Shown: positions 9,901 to 19,014 of the stretch, piece by piece | Position numbering within the stretch: the stretch's first letter is position 1 | Layout of the letters: each line of letters begins with the position of its first letter | Virus record (IMG/VR): IMGVR_UViG_3300024999_000040 | Span: 32,001 to 96,000 of that record | DNA: 64,000 bases | Source: a virus | Reading direction: 5' to 3' (one strand) | Notes under the pieces: generated by a model | What the model saw: the letters and a program-made list of their open reading frames with translations, nothing else | Told to the model about the DNA's origin: nothing | Databases searched by the model: none | Program-made: the position numbers and the translations under genes

Positions 9901-11571
9901 ATGTTGTTCGGAAGATTTGAATTCATCACAGATTTGCAATATAAGGTAAAGCATCTTCAACATGAAGTAGATGCTTTTAAGTCTGGCGAAAAATATGTAA
10001 AGATGAATTCAAGCTTCCAAGCAATGCTCGATGAAAGAAACCGCGAGGTAAAAAAGCTGCGGAACGAACTTGCCGACTCCCGCAGCGAGATGGTGACCGT
10101 CCGCAACAACTGGATGCAGGTATTTGAGGACTTACAGGAGGAACACGCTAAGGCAATCCACAATAAGGAGCGCATCAATAAAGCTCTTGAAGAACGGGCT
10201 CTCAAAGCCGAGAGGCGTGTCGACGAGCTTAAGGATGAAAACTTAGCGTTGAAACGGGAACATTATGCAATTCAAACCGAGTTGGAAGAAGAACGCGCCA
10301 AAAACCAAAAGCTACTATCGCAGATAAAGAAAACCCACGAAAACTCTTCGATCCCATCGTCTATGAAACCAAACCACAAACCAATCACCAACAACCGCGA
10401 AAAGTCAGGCAAAGCGCCTGGTGGGCAATTGGGTCATGAGGGACACGGTCGCAAGAAACAAAAAGCGACCGAAGTGATAGAAATCCCGCCACCGAGGGAA
10501 TACGCGGACAATCCGGATTACGAAGCGACCGGCAGAATAATCAAGAGGCAGCGGGTAGGTGTAAAGGTACTGCCGTACACTGAGGAATATGTCACCCTGG
10601 AATTCAGGAACATAAAGACGGGAAAGCTTGTATATGCTGATTTCCAAGCAGGCGTGGAGAATGATGTAAACTACGATGGGAGCGTCAAGGCGTTTGCGTT
10701 TTTGTTAAACAACCATTGTAATGTCTCAATGGACAAAACGTGCGAGTTCCTATCAGAAGTGACAGATGGGGCATTACAGATCTCAAAAGGCATGGTTTGT
10801 GGCTTAAGCCGTGAGTTCTCGGAGAAATCTAAGGCAGAGCAAGCAGAGGCGTTTTCAAACCTCGTAGTCGCCCCGGTGTTACATATAGATTTCACAACCG
10901 CCAAAGTGAACGGAAAGAATGTCAACGTTGCCGTCTGCGCCACGCCGCAAAATGCAGCATATTTTGCGCGGAAACACAAAGGCCATGAAGGTATTAAGGA
11001 CACACCGGCCGAGCTAAACCCAAACACCCTTGTGCACGATCATGACAAGACTTTCTACAGTTATGGACGCTTGCACCAAGAATGTTTAATACATATACTG
11101 CGATATCTTTTGGACAGCATACAAAACGAGAAGAACCTAACATGGAGCACATTGATGCGGGAACTTCTGAGGGAGATGATACACTACCGCAACAGTTTAG
11201 ATCTTGAAGAGGATTTAGATCCTGTCAAAGTCGCAGGATTCGAGGAAAGGTTTGGGCAAATCCTTGATATTGCAGACGCGGAGTACGATTACGAACCGCC
11301 CAGCAAATATTACAAAGATGGGTTCAATCTAAAAGAGAGGTTACGGGAATTTAGGGAAGCACATCTTCTGTTCTTACATGACAAAAATGTTCCAACATCA
11401 AACAATATTGCGGAGCGCCTGCTCAGAATATTCAAGCGAAAACAAAGACAAGTCATGTCTTTCAGAAGCTTTAGCACCCTTGATTACCTATGCCAGAGTT
11501 TTACCATGTTAGCGCAGTTGTGCTCTCGCAAGGTTAATGTTTATAGAAGTGTCGCCGACATTTTCGGTTGA
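9901..11571 (+). CDS. tnp: IS66-family DDE transposase
   Basis: Coiled coil, NSSIPSS, KPGGQ.GHEG, LHID.T, LVHD, HQECLIHILR and VPTSNNIAERLLR motifs. Confidence 0.92.
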   Translation: MLFGRFEFITDLQYKVKHLQHEVDAFKSGEKYVKMNSSFQAMLDERNREVKKLRNELADSRSEMVTVRNNWMQVFEDLQEEHAKAIHNKERINKALEERALKAERRVDELKDENLALKREHYAIQTELEEERAKNQKLLSQIKKTHENSSIPSSMKPNHKPITNNREKSGKAPGGQLGHEGHGRKKQKATEVIEIPPPREYADNPDYEATGRIIKRQRVGVKVLPYTEEYVTLEFRNIKTGKLVYADFQAGVENDVNYDGSVKAFAFLLNNHCNVSMDKTCEFLSEVTDGALQISKGMVCGLSREFSEKSKAEQAEAFSNLVVAPVLHIDFTTAKVNGKNVNVAVCATPQNAAYFARKHKGHEGIKDTPAELNPNTLVHDHDKTFYSYGRLHQECLIHILRYLLDSIQNEKNLTWSTLMRELLREMIHYRNSLDLEEDLDPVKVAGFEERFGQILDIADAEYDYEPPSKYYKDGFNLKERLREFREAHLLFLHDKNVPTSNNIAERLLRIFKRKQRQVMSFRSFSTLDYLCQSFTMLAQLCSRKVNVYRSVADIFG

Positions 11572-11697
11572 TTTTACGGAGCAAATTTTCGCCGACATGT
11601 GGGAGTTCCATGTCGGCTTTATATTTGTTGGGGCGGTTCCTCCCCTGTGAACAGTAACTAAATGGATTATTAGGCAATTAAAGGGAAAGTAAAAAAT

Positions 11698-11726
11698 TTG
11701 CAATTAAATCTTATTTATGGTATAAT
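11698..11726 (+). promoter_or_regulatory. Promoter of the toxin-antitoxin pair
   Basis: TTGCAA-17-TATAAT with extended TG. Confidence 0.6.
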
Positions 11727-11769
11727 CATTATAAAAATAGCATATACTTACTAATTGAGGTGATGATAT

Positions 11770-11961
11770 ATGCACTATAGGAGGAAAAATAGAGATATGA
11801 ATGCTATAGTAGAAAGACCTTTTACAATATTAGAGTCTATTGAAGAAAGTTTTAAACAGATTAAAGAATTTAAAGAAGGCAAAAGGCAATTAAAAACTGT
11901 TGATGAATCTTTTACAGAATGGGAAAAGTGGGCAAAGGAAGTTGAAGATGAATCAAAATGA
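11770..11961 (+). CDS. Putative antitoxin (probable start ATG 11797)
   Basis: Small acidic ORF (ILESIEESFKQIKEFKEGK) overlapping the RelE-like gene. Confidence 0.6.
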   Translation: MHYRRKNRDMNAIVERPFTILESIEESFKQIKEFKEGKRQLKTVDESFTEWEKWAKEVEDESK

Positions 11962-12328
11962 AGAATTGATTTATTATTCACTTCATCATACGGATACATT
12001 TAATGATGAAGTGAAATATTATATTAAGAGCAAAAAGTTCACAAAATTTCCTAAAGATATTGAGAATATTAAAGATGATTTGAAAAAAGGTATATTTAAT
12101 GGTACGATAATTGGAAATTTAGATTTAGATGAAAATAGAGTTGCTTACAAGATAAGAGCAAAAAATTCAAATACTGGAGTTGGAAAATCAAATGGTTATC
12201 GCCTTATATATTTAGTTGAAGATAATAATAAAATTATTTTTTTAGTAACTATATATTATAAGAAAGATGATAATAAAATTCCAAATGATTCAGAAATAAA
12301 ACAATTAATTAAAAAATATTGTATATAA
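11948..12328 (+). CDS. RelE/ParE (HigB-like) family toxin
   Basis: YKIRAKNS..GVGKSNGYRLIY...IFLVTIYYK motif. Confidence 0.8.
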   Translation: MNQNEELIYYSLHHTDTFNDEVKYYIKSKKFTKFPKDIENIKDDLKKGIFNGTIIGNLDLDENRVAYKIRAKNSNTGVGKSNGYRLIYLVEDNNKIIFLVTIYYKKDDNKIPNDSEIKQLIKKYCI

Positions 12329-12357
12329 GACCGCACCTAACTAGTGGGGTCTTTTTG
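12328..12357 (+). terminator. Rho-independent terminator
   Basis: AGACC...GGTCT stem followed by a T run. Confidence 0.6.
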
Positions 12358-12408
12358 CTGTGTGGAAATTTCTCAGTAAATTAAGTAAATATAATAATAC
12401 AATTTTAT

Positions 12409-12650
12409 TAGGAAAAGAGGTAGCAATAGTCAACCACCCACGACCCTAAAGGGTCGGGGCTTGCAAAAGTCTGATTGACTAGACTAAGCGAAAAGCTACG
12501 TTGTTTAGGTCATGATACCCAAGAATATTTATCCTAGTTCTTGGCTCTATCGTATAGTATTAAAAGTTCTAAGAGGTAGGAACGGTGTACTATATACAAC
12601 AAGCCTTTACAACATTGTCTAAGGATATTAACTCTAATATACGGAGGTTT
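12409..12650 (+). ncRNA. omegaRNA (HEARO-type) with a 5' guide taken from flanking phage DNA; boundaries approximate
   Basis: GTCAAC...TTGACTAGACTAAG...CTACGTT scaffold hallmarks, several hairpins, directly upstream of iscB. Confidence 0.8.
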
Positions 12651-13928
12651 TAAAAACAAAATGGTATATGTATTAAATATTCAAGGCAATCCAATTATGC
12701 CTTGTAAAGAAGCAAAAGCAAGAAAGTTACTTAGAGACAATCTTGCAAGAGTAATTAAGAAAGAACCTTTCACTATTCAATTGATTTTTGAATGTGAAAA
12801 TCAAGTGCAAGATATTACTCTTGGAATTGATGCAGGAAGTAAGATAATAGGTATATCTGCTACTACTGATAAACAAGAATTATATTCATCAGAGGTTGAA
12901 TTGAGGAATGATATTGTAGATTTACTGGCTACTCGTAGACAAAATAGACGCACAAGAAGAAACAGACTTAGATATAGAAAAGCTAGGTTTCTCAATCGTG
13001 TAGGTAGTAAAAACAAAGGATGGCTTGCACCTAGTATTGAAAACAAAATACAAACACATTTGAGTATTGTTGAGAAACTTTATAAGATACTGCCTATATC
13101 TAAAATTATAGTTGAAGTAGCATCATTTGATATTCAAAAGATTAAGAATCCTGATATACAGGGTGAAGAATATCAGCAAGGTGAAATGATGGGATGGAAT
13201 GCAAGAGAATATGTATTATTCAGGGATGGACACCAATGTCAAGGTAAAAAAGGTTGTAAGAATAAAATATTACGAACACATCATATAGAATCAAGGAAGA
13301 CAGGGGGAGATACACCGAATAATCTAATAACTTTATGTAAAGAATGTCATGATGATTATCATTTAGGTAAATTAAAACTTAATCTAAAACGTGGCAAATC
13401 ATTTAGAGATGCGGCTTTTATGGGTATTATGAGATGGGCATTTTATAATAAACTTAAAGAAATATATCCCAATGTAAGTTTGACATATGGGTATATAACT
13501 AAGAACACAAGAATTGAAAATAAACTACCAAAAGAACATAGGATTGATGCATTGTGCATTAGTGGTAATCCATTAGTTAAAAGATTGGATAGCTATTATT
13601 ATATTAAGCAAGTAAGAAAACACAATAGACAAATACACAAAGCAAATATCTTAAAAGGTGGAATCAAAAAACTAAATCAAGCACCATATGAGGTAAAAGG
13701 ATTTAGATTATTTGATAAGGTCAAATACAAAGGACAGGAGTGTTTTATATTTGGAAGAAGAAGTAGTGGATATTTTGATTTGAGAAAACTTGATAGAACA
13801 AGTATTCATAAATCTGCAAGTTATAAGGATTTAGAATTAGTAAGTAAAAGAAATAGTTTATTAATTGAGAGGAGAAAGGCGATTCCTCCACTCCCCTAAA
13901 GGGAAGTGGTTTCCTCGCCAAAATTTTA
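12429..13928 (+). mobile_element. Non-autonomous IS200/IS605-superfamily element carrying omegaRNA and iscB (no tnpA)
   Basis: Left end GTCAACCACCCACGACCCTAAAGGGTCGGGGCTTG, right-end hairpin CCACTCCCCTAAAGGGAAGTGG. Removing the element rejoins the RBS GAGGT to ATGAAA. Confidence 0.85.
12661..13899 (+). CDS. iscB: RNA-guided endonuclease IscB
   Basis: PIMP (PLMP) N-terminus, RuvC-I GIDAG, R-rich bridge helix, RuvC-II IVEVA, HNH HHIESRKTGG...NLITLCKECH, RuvC-III HRIDA. Confidence 0.95.
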   Translation: MVYVLNIQGNPIMPCKEAKARKLLRDNLARVIKKEPFTIQLIFECENQVQDITLGIDAGSKIIGISATTDKQELYSSEVELRNDIVDLLATRRQNRRTRRNRLRYRKARFLNRVGSKNKGWLAPSIENKIQTHLSIVEKLYKILPISKIIVEVASFDIQKIKNPDIQGEEYQQGEMMGWNAREYVLFRDGHQCQGKKGCKNKILRTHHIESRKTGGDTPNNLITLCKECHDDYHLGKLKLNLKRGKSFRDAAFMGIMRWAFYNKLKEIYPNVSLTYGYITKNTRIENKLPKEHRIDALCISGNPLVKRLDSYYYIKQVRKHNRQIHKANILKGGIKKLNQAPYEVKGFRLFDKVKYKGQECFIFGRRSSGYFDLRKLDRTSIHKSASYKDLELVSKRNSLLIERRKAIPPLP

Positions 13929-14315
13929 ATGAAAATAAGTGAATTATCTTTATTTGTCAATAATAAATTGGTAAATAATCAATTATTAAATGGTGATATA
14001 ACAAAGTATATTAATATAGGATGGAACACTATTAAAATTCAAACTAAGGATTTGTGTCAAATTTGTAGTTCATATCAAGTAAGTATTAAAATAGAGAATA
14101 AAAATCAATCTTGGGGTTGTTCTGAAACTGAAAATTCAGATAAAAATCATCTTATTAAATTATTACTTTTTGTTCCTAATGAAACAGAAAATATAAATAA
14201 AGTATTATTGAAAACATCAATTGTGAAAGACAAAAATATATTATTTGAAGAATTTAGTAAAGATTTATTCACAAGTCATACTAATCCATGTTTAACAACT
14301 TGTTCAACAAGATAA
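13929..14315 (+). CDS. Circularly permuted paralog of the tail-tip C-terminal domain
   Basis: QSWG.S...N.D..H..K....VP.ET....KVLL matches the tail tip at 17/35 identities without gaps. The N-terminal half matches the tail tip's extreme C-terminus. Confidence 0.7.
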   Translation: MKISELSLFVNNKLVNNQLLNGDITKYINIGWNTIKIQTKDLCQICSSYQVSIKIENKNQSWGCSETENSDKNHLIKLLLFVPNETENINKVLLKTSIVKDKNILFEEFSKDLFTSHTNPCLTTCSTR

Positions 14316-14368
14316 TAACCCCATAAAAGTGACATTTTATTGGATAAAAATTGAAATTTAAGAAGATG

Positions 14369-14432
14369 AACCTTGCAAATTTAAGTGAATTTTAATGATA
14401 TTTATTAATTTACTTAATATTTTGCAAGGTTT
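14369..14432. terminator. Long intergenic hairpin
   Basis: AACCTTGCAAA...TTTGCAAGGTT plus an inner TTAAGTGAATT/AATTTACTTAA stem. Confidence 0.55.
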
Positions 14433-14468
14433 TTATTATAGAAAATCATAAAAAGGAGGCATAAAAAT

Positions 14469-17400
14469 ATGATAATTGACTTTAAATCCCCTATCGTAAT
14501 TAGATTCAATACAGATTCAAATGGAAATGCTATTACTGAACCGATTATAAATGAATCAAAGCAAGTCATTAACCAAATGGTCGTTTTGGATCAAATTCCA
14601 AATAAACTGAACAGAATTTTGATTACTGGATATACTGAAATAGAACAACATGAAACTCTTACATTAGCTACGCAATTCCGCTGTAACTACCAAAATGGAA
14701 TCTTAACGTTCCATTCTTCAAAAGAAGGAAACACTATAAATATTGATAGTTATGCCGGAAGAGGGATAATTTATACTCCATCCACTCGTATTTATACAAA
14801 TTTGGATGGAATTGGTAATGTAAATCAAACATTATATGATCTCATAGCAATAACTTATAAAACACCTGTTTCTACCTTCACAGCACTCTCAACCATCTAT
14901 CCAACTCCAGAAAAAAATTGGACTGCACAATGCGAAGATACAGGAAAATTTTATAAATGGAGTGGTAGTGCATGGGAATATATTTCAATATTAAACAGTA
15001 GTCAAATTACGCAATTAAATAATGATATAGACAATTTAGCAGGTACAGGAAGAACAACAGAAACGGTAAAAGGAAATTCAGACAACATTAACGAAATCAA
15101 CAACAAACTTGATTCTGGCACAATCAACTCCCCTACCTTTATTTATGGTATGAATGGTGTGATAACTCATACAGGTGAAGTAATAGCATTCCCCGGAATA
15201 AGCTTCACTGGAATGACTATTGTCAATCTGCTAGGTAAAGATGGGGATTGTGAAGATGTAAGTAAGTGGTCGGGTTCTTCTGCTACATTATCTTTAGATT
15301 CAACAAATAAGATATTTGGAAGTAATGGTATTAAGATAACCTTAACATCGACAGCAGGTTCTGCATATAAAACATTGTCAACACTTAATGTAGATGTAAG
15401 TAAATATTATATGATGTCTGCATATTTAAAAAATGGGAATGCAACTAATGTGCGTCTATATAAAAGTGCAACAGGTGGAGGTGTATCGAAATCGGGGCCT
15501 TTTATTACAGATACTACTGCATTTACAAGAACCGTAATGAAATTACAACCATCTGATTTAAATGTTGCAAATACTATAACTTTATATGTAACTGGAGCAA
15601 GTACTCAATATGCTTATGCTGATGGAGTAATGTTTAACGAAATCTCCGCAGCAGACTATGCATTAACCGAATCTGAACTCCTAGCAAAATACCCATATGT
15701 CGAATCCTACGCAGCTTTACAAAATCCGTACTTTGAAAATCGCAGATATAACATGATTAGGAACGGTAACGGTGAGGAAGGTGTTGGGTATTGGATTCTA
15801 CATGATAGTAGTGTCACTCTATCTATAGAAAATGATAGATTTAAGATTGTGACTACTGCTGCGAGTCTAGTAAAACAGAAAATCAAAGTAAAACTAAATA
15901 CAGATTATTATTTTACTGCAAATGTAACTGGTTCAGGTGTTTCTGCTAGAGTATATCATTCCGATGCGACAACTGTTCTTAAAATAGGAGCAGGTTCTTT
16001 TAATAGTGGTGCTAACACAGAAATATGGGCAGCAATAAGAAACGCAGATGCAGAAACTTCATATTTTGATTCCATAATACTCACAGAAGGCACGACAGCC
16101 CCAACAACTTACCTATCCTGTGACTTACAGCGTTTTGTCATAGAAGGTCAATTCACAGATGACGATACTGTGACTGTGAAAGATGGTCAGGTATCAGGGT
16201 TGTTGAATTGGAAACATAGAACGTTGTATGGTAAGGATTATGATTGGATATATGCGGCAGATGGGACTGGATGGAAAAGAATGACTTGTTCATATGGTTT
16301 CCCTATCGGTTTATCTGCTAGTTATGGTGCAGGAAATACACATTTTGTAAAAAATAACGGAGATATTGTACGATTTAAACTTGAAGTTGATGAAAGTAAT
16401 ACATATGCTATGGGTAATGCTGATGCCACAAAAGTACATATTGCCGTAGCAGACACAGACACTGGCTTTGCAGAGTCTATAGCCCCTAATTCTGATGAAG
16501 TTAAAGCATTTATGAATGGGTGGAAGGCTACAGCCAATGATGGTACACGTTATACAGCATGGGTAAGTGTAGTAGATGGTGTAACTGTACCTACAGCACA
16601 AACTATTGACTTTGTTAAAGCTAATATAGCAAGCGGTTATGAAGGCTACAGGCTACATTACAAATTGGCAAATCCTGAACCGATAACCGATGTAAATGTA
16701 CATGTTCATGGCAGTATTTGGGGACTTGTGCCTGGAGATAATTATGTGACGGTGGATTCGGGGATGGTGTTGGAGGAAGTTGCGAATCCTATAAATGTAA
16801 CATCAAATTATTTTATAAATGATAATCGTTATGCAGATTTGCTGCAATATAAGGCAGAAACTATATTTCATATAAATAAAAATAGTTTGTTTGATTCGCT
16901 ATGGACATTAGATAGCAATTTAACATATACATATGGAAATTTACGAGCGTATACAGCCGTGGTAAATTTCAATGTAAATGCAGTATATACAGTAAAATAT
17001 CAAATACTAAAAACTCTTCATGTTCAGTCATTTGGTAACCTTGCAATGCAGTATGCACAGGATGTTTTTAGTAGTATTACGGCTATGGGAAAGGCACTGG
17101 AGGAAAAGCAGCAAAAGAATATCAGTCTTGATTCATTAGTGGATTTAAGTATATACGAGGAGTTTAAAAGTCTATACATTGTTGGTAGGTGGTTAAGGGC
17201 AGATTCAACTGCTCCATATATTTGCTACTTGCAATTAAAAATGTCTCCTAAAAAGGCGGTGCCGGTAATTAATCTAAAAGCAAACAGTGGTGTTGCTTTT
17301 AATGGTTCGGGCAGTTATACGACAATCCCATTGTCGAACATTTTAATTAGAACAACAATTATAGATACTAACAATTTACTTATTTATGCAACATATGTAG

Positions 17401-17489
17401 GAACTGATGCTACTATACAATCAAATTTATTGGCATATGGTGGGTGGGTAAATGTTAAAGTCATTGCAGACTGTCGCGGGAGGATTTAA
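14469..17489 (+). CDS. Tail fibre / receptor-binding protein with galactose-binding-like (CBM) domains
   Basis: 1006 aa, beta-rich. NLLGKDGDCE and NMIRNGNGE CBM-like starts. Followed by a chaperone-like gene. Confidence 0.7.
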   Translation: MIIDFKSPIVIRFNTDSNGNAITEPIINESKQVINQMVVLDQIPNKLNRILITGYTEIEQHETLTLATQFRCNYQNGILTFHSSKEGNTINIDSYAGRGIIYTPSTRIYTNLDGIGNVNQTLYDLIAITYKTPVSTFTALSTIYPTPEKNWTAQCEDTGKFYKWSGSAWEYISILNSSQITQLNNDIDNLAGTGRTTETVKGNSDNINEINNKLDSGTINSPTFIYGMNGVITHTGEVIAFPGISFTGMTIVNLLGKDGDCEDVSKWSGSSATLSLDSTNKIFGSNGIKITLTSTAGSAYKTLSTLNVDVSKYYMMSAYLKNGNATNVRLYKSATGGGVSKSGPFITDTTAFTRTVMKLQPSDLNVANTITLYVTGASTQYAYADGVMFNEISAADYALTESELLAKYPYVESYAALQNPYFENRRYNMIRNGNGEEGVGYWILHDSSVTLSIENDRFKIVTTAASLVKQKIKVKLNTDYYFTANVTGSGVSARVYHSDATTVLKIGAGSFNSGANTEIWAAIRNADAETSYFDSIILTEGTTAPTTYLSCDLQRFVIEGQFTDDDTVTVKDGQVSGLLNWKHRTLYGKDYDWIYAADGTGWKRMTCSYGFPIGLSASYGAGNTHFVKNNGDIVRFKLEVDESNTYAMGNADATKVHIAVADTDTGFAESIAPNSDEVKAFMNGWKATANDGTRYTAWVSVVDGVTVPTAQTIDFVKANIASGYEGYRLHYKLANPEPITDVNVHVHGSIWGLVPGDNYVTVDSGMVLEEVANPINVTSNYFINDNRYADLLQYKAETIFHINKNSLFDSLWTLDSNLTYTYGNLRAYTAVVNFNVNAVYTVKYQILKTLHVQSFGNLAMQYAQDVFSSITAMGKALEEKQQKNISLDSLVDLSIYEEFKSLYIVGRWLRADSTAPYICYLQLKMSPKKAVPVINLKANSGVAFNGSGSYTTIPLSNILIRTTIIDTNNLLIYATYVGTDATIQSNLLAYGGWVNVKVIADCRGRI

Positions 17490-17492
17490 ATT

Positions 17493-18104
17493 ATGAGAAA
17501 TCAATGTAGAATAGATGAAAATAATATTCTTTATTTCCAACCATATGAAGGAGAAGAAATTGTTCTTTGCAATATTAATGAGGTAAATATTCAAGACAAT
17601 ATGTTAATGGTAGATGGTGGATGTTATCCACTAGCAGAAAACTTTGGAAACGAAGTTGAGATACTAAATAAATGGAAAGAAATATATCCAAATGGTAAAC
17701 CAGAAACTATTAACATCGAATCCATTCGTCAATCAGTCATTTCAGCAATGGCTACTCAATGTGAATACAAAATAGTCAATGAGTTTTATTCTGATTGTTT
17801 AGGTGAATCTCTTCATTTTGGTTGTAAAAAAGATGAAGACCAGCAATGGATAATGGGTAAGTTTTTTAAAGCTCAATTAATCAAACAATCAAATCCTGAA
17901 CTCGCAGATGTGGCATTAGAAGCATTAGCATGGAAAAATCAAGTTGCTTTACAGTGTTTTGCATTTAGTCCTAATCAGATGATTGCTCTTGGAGAAGACA
18001 TGGAAACTCATTTAGCAGAAAAGAAAAATAGGTTTTATGAACTGAGGATTTGGGCTTTGGATGAGGTAAGAACGGTTGAGGAATTGGAGAATTGGGTATG
18101 GTAA
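17493..18104 (+). CDS. Putative tail fibre assembly/chaperone (DUF4376-like)
   Basis: Adjacent to the fibre gene. FYSDCLG..HF....DQ and C-terminal TVEELENWVW pattern. Confidence 0.55.
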   Translation: MRNQCRIDENNILYFQPYEGEEIVLCNINEVNIQDNMLMVDGGCYPLAENFGNEVEILNKWKEIYPNGKPETINIESIRQSVISAMATQCEYKIVNEFYSDCLGESLHFGCKKDEDQQWIMGKFFKAQLIKQSNPELADVALEALAWKNQVALQCFAFSPNQMIALGEDMETHLAEKKNRFYELRIWALDEVRTVEELENWVW

Positions 18105-18523
18105 GCGTATTGAGGGCTATATTTAAACATTTAGTCCTCTTTCTTATTTTAGGATTAATATATTATGGTATTGAGGTATGGTTTAGAGGTTATTCTTATT
18201 GGCAAATGGTAGTTGTAGCAATGATTATTACATTTCTCATTGATAGCTTAAATGAATATGTGCCTTGGTCTATGCCTCTTTATCAACAAGTTGGACTAGC
18301 AACTATTTTTTCAATTAGTATTGAGTTCTTCAGTGGATTATTATTTCGTAGTTTAGGTTGGATACTTTGGGATTATTCTAATATGGCATTTAATATATTG
18401 GGAGTAATTCAATTGTATTTTTGTTTAGCATGGATTCCACTTTCGGCGTTGGCAATTTTCTTATCAGATTTATTAAGGTACTTGTTGATGGATGAAGATT
18501 TTCCACACTATAAAATATTCTAA
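18098..18523 (+). CDS. Membrane protein (putative ABC-permease/CmpB-like family common after phage tail genes)
   Basis: Several TM helices, YYGIEVWFRGYS.W and WDYSN..FNILG.I.L motifs. Confidence 0.7.
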   Translation: MVSVLRAIFKHLVLFLILGLIYYGIEVWFRGYSYWQMVVVAMIITFLIDSLNEYVPWSMPLYQQVGLATIFSISIEFFSGLLFRSLGWILWDYSNMAFNILGVIQLYFCLAWIPLSALAIFLSDLLRYLLMDEDFPHYKIF

Positions 18524-18610
18524 CAACACATTAAAACATAGATTTTATTGGGAAATGGAAACTCAATAAATCAGTACTTTTATTGGGATGTTTTAAAGAC
18601 AAAGGGATGT

Positions 18611-18645
18611 AACTAATAGGGATGAAAACCACATCCCTATTAGTT
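18611..18645. terminator. 14-bp perfect stem hairpin
   Basis: AACTAATAGGGATG-loop-CATCCCTATTAGTT. Confidence 0.7.
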
Positions 18646-18730
18646 TTATCGTTGCTGAAGCAACGAATATAATTATAACTAAATATTGATTAATTTTAAC
18701 TAAAGTGATATAATAATATAAGAAAGAGAG

Positions 18731-18982
18731 ATGATGATTATGACAACTATTTATTCAACAAAGGATTTCTATTTAGCATCTTTATTGCTAAGTTCTGATT
18801 TTAAATTTGTTGATTCTGAAAAGAAACAAGAAGGAGTTTATTTTAATTTTATAAACTCAAACGATGAATTATTGAAAAAATTGCTTAATGATTTTATTAA
18901 TTATCAGGCAATGGTTAACATGAGAAAATTCACTTCTGCTCTCACTAGATTGAGAAAGGAACTAGATAAATATAAACACTAA
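18731..18982 (+). CDS. DUF5659-like small protein
   Basis: YSTKDFYLASLL...VYFNF motif. Confidence 0.6.
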   Translation: MMIMTTIYSTKDFYLASLLLSSDFKFVDSEKKQEGVYFNFINSNDELLKKLLNDFINYQAMVNMRKFTSALTRLRKELDKYKH

Positions 18983-19014
18983 TGGTTTTTTAGAGATGAT
19001 GGAGATGACGAAAT

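Larger units (their letters stand above)
9387..11658 (+). mobile_element. IS66-family insertion sequence (2272 bp)
   Basis: 13-bp perfect terminal inverted repeats GTTACTGTTCACA. 8-bp TSD TAAATGGA (9379-86 and 11659-66). Visibly higher GC than the flanks. Confidence 0.92.

Noticed and set aside
12661-13899. Cas9 or a CRISPR-associated IscB linked to the array
   Set aside because: It is 412 aa with a PLMP domain, its own omegaRNA and IS ends. The array is 14 kb away and has type I-B genes and repeats.
4283-17489. Diversity-generating retroelement or invertible shufflon acting on the tail genes
   Set aside because: No reverse transcriptase, invertase or near-identical TR/VR pair seen. The tail paralogy is at protein level and diverged.
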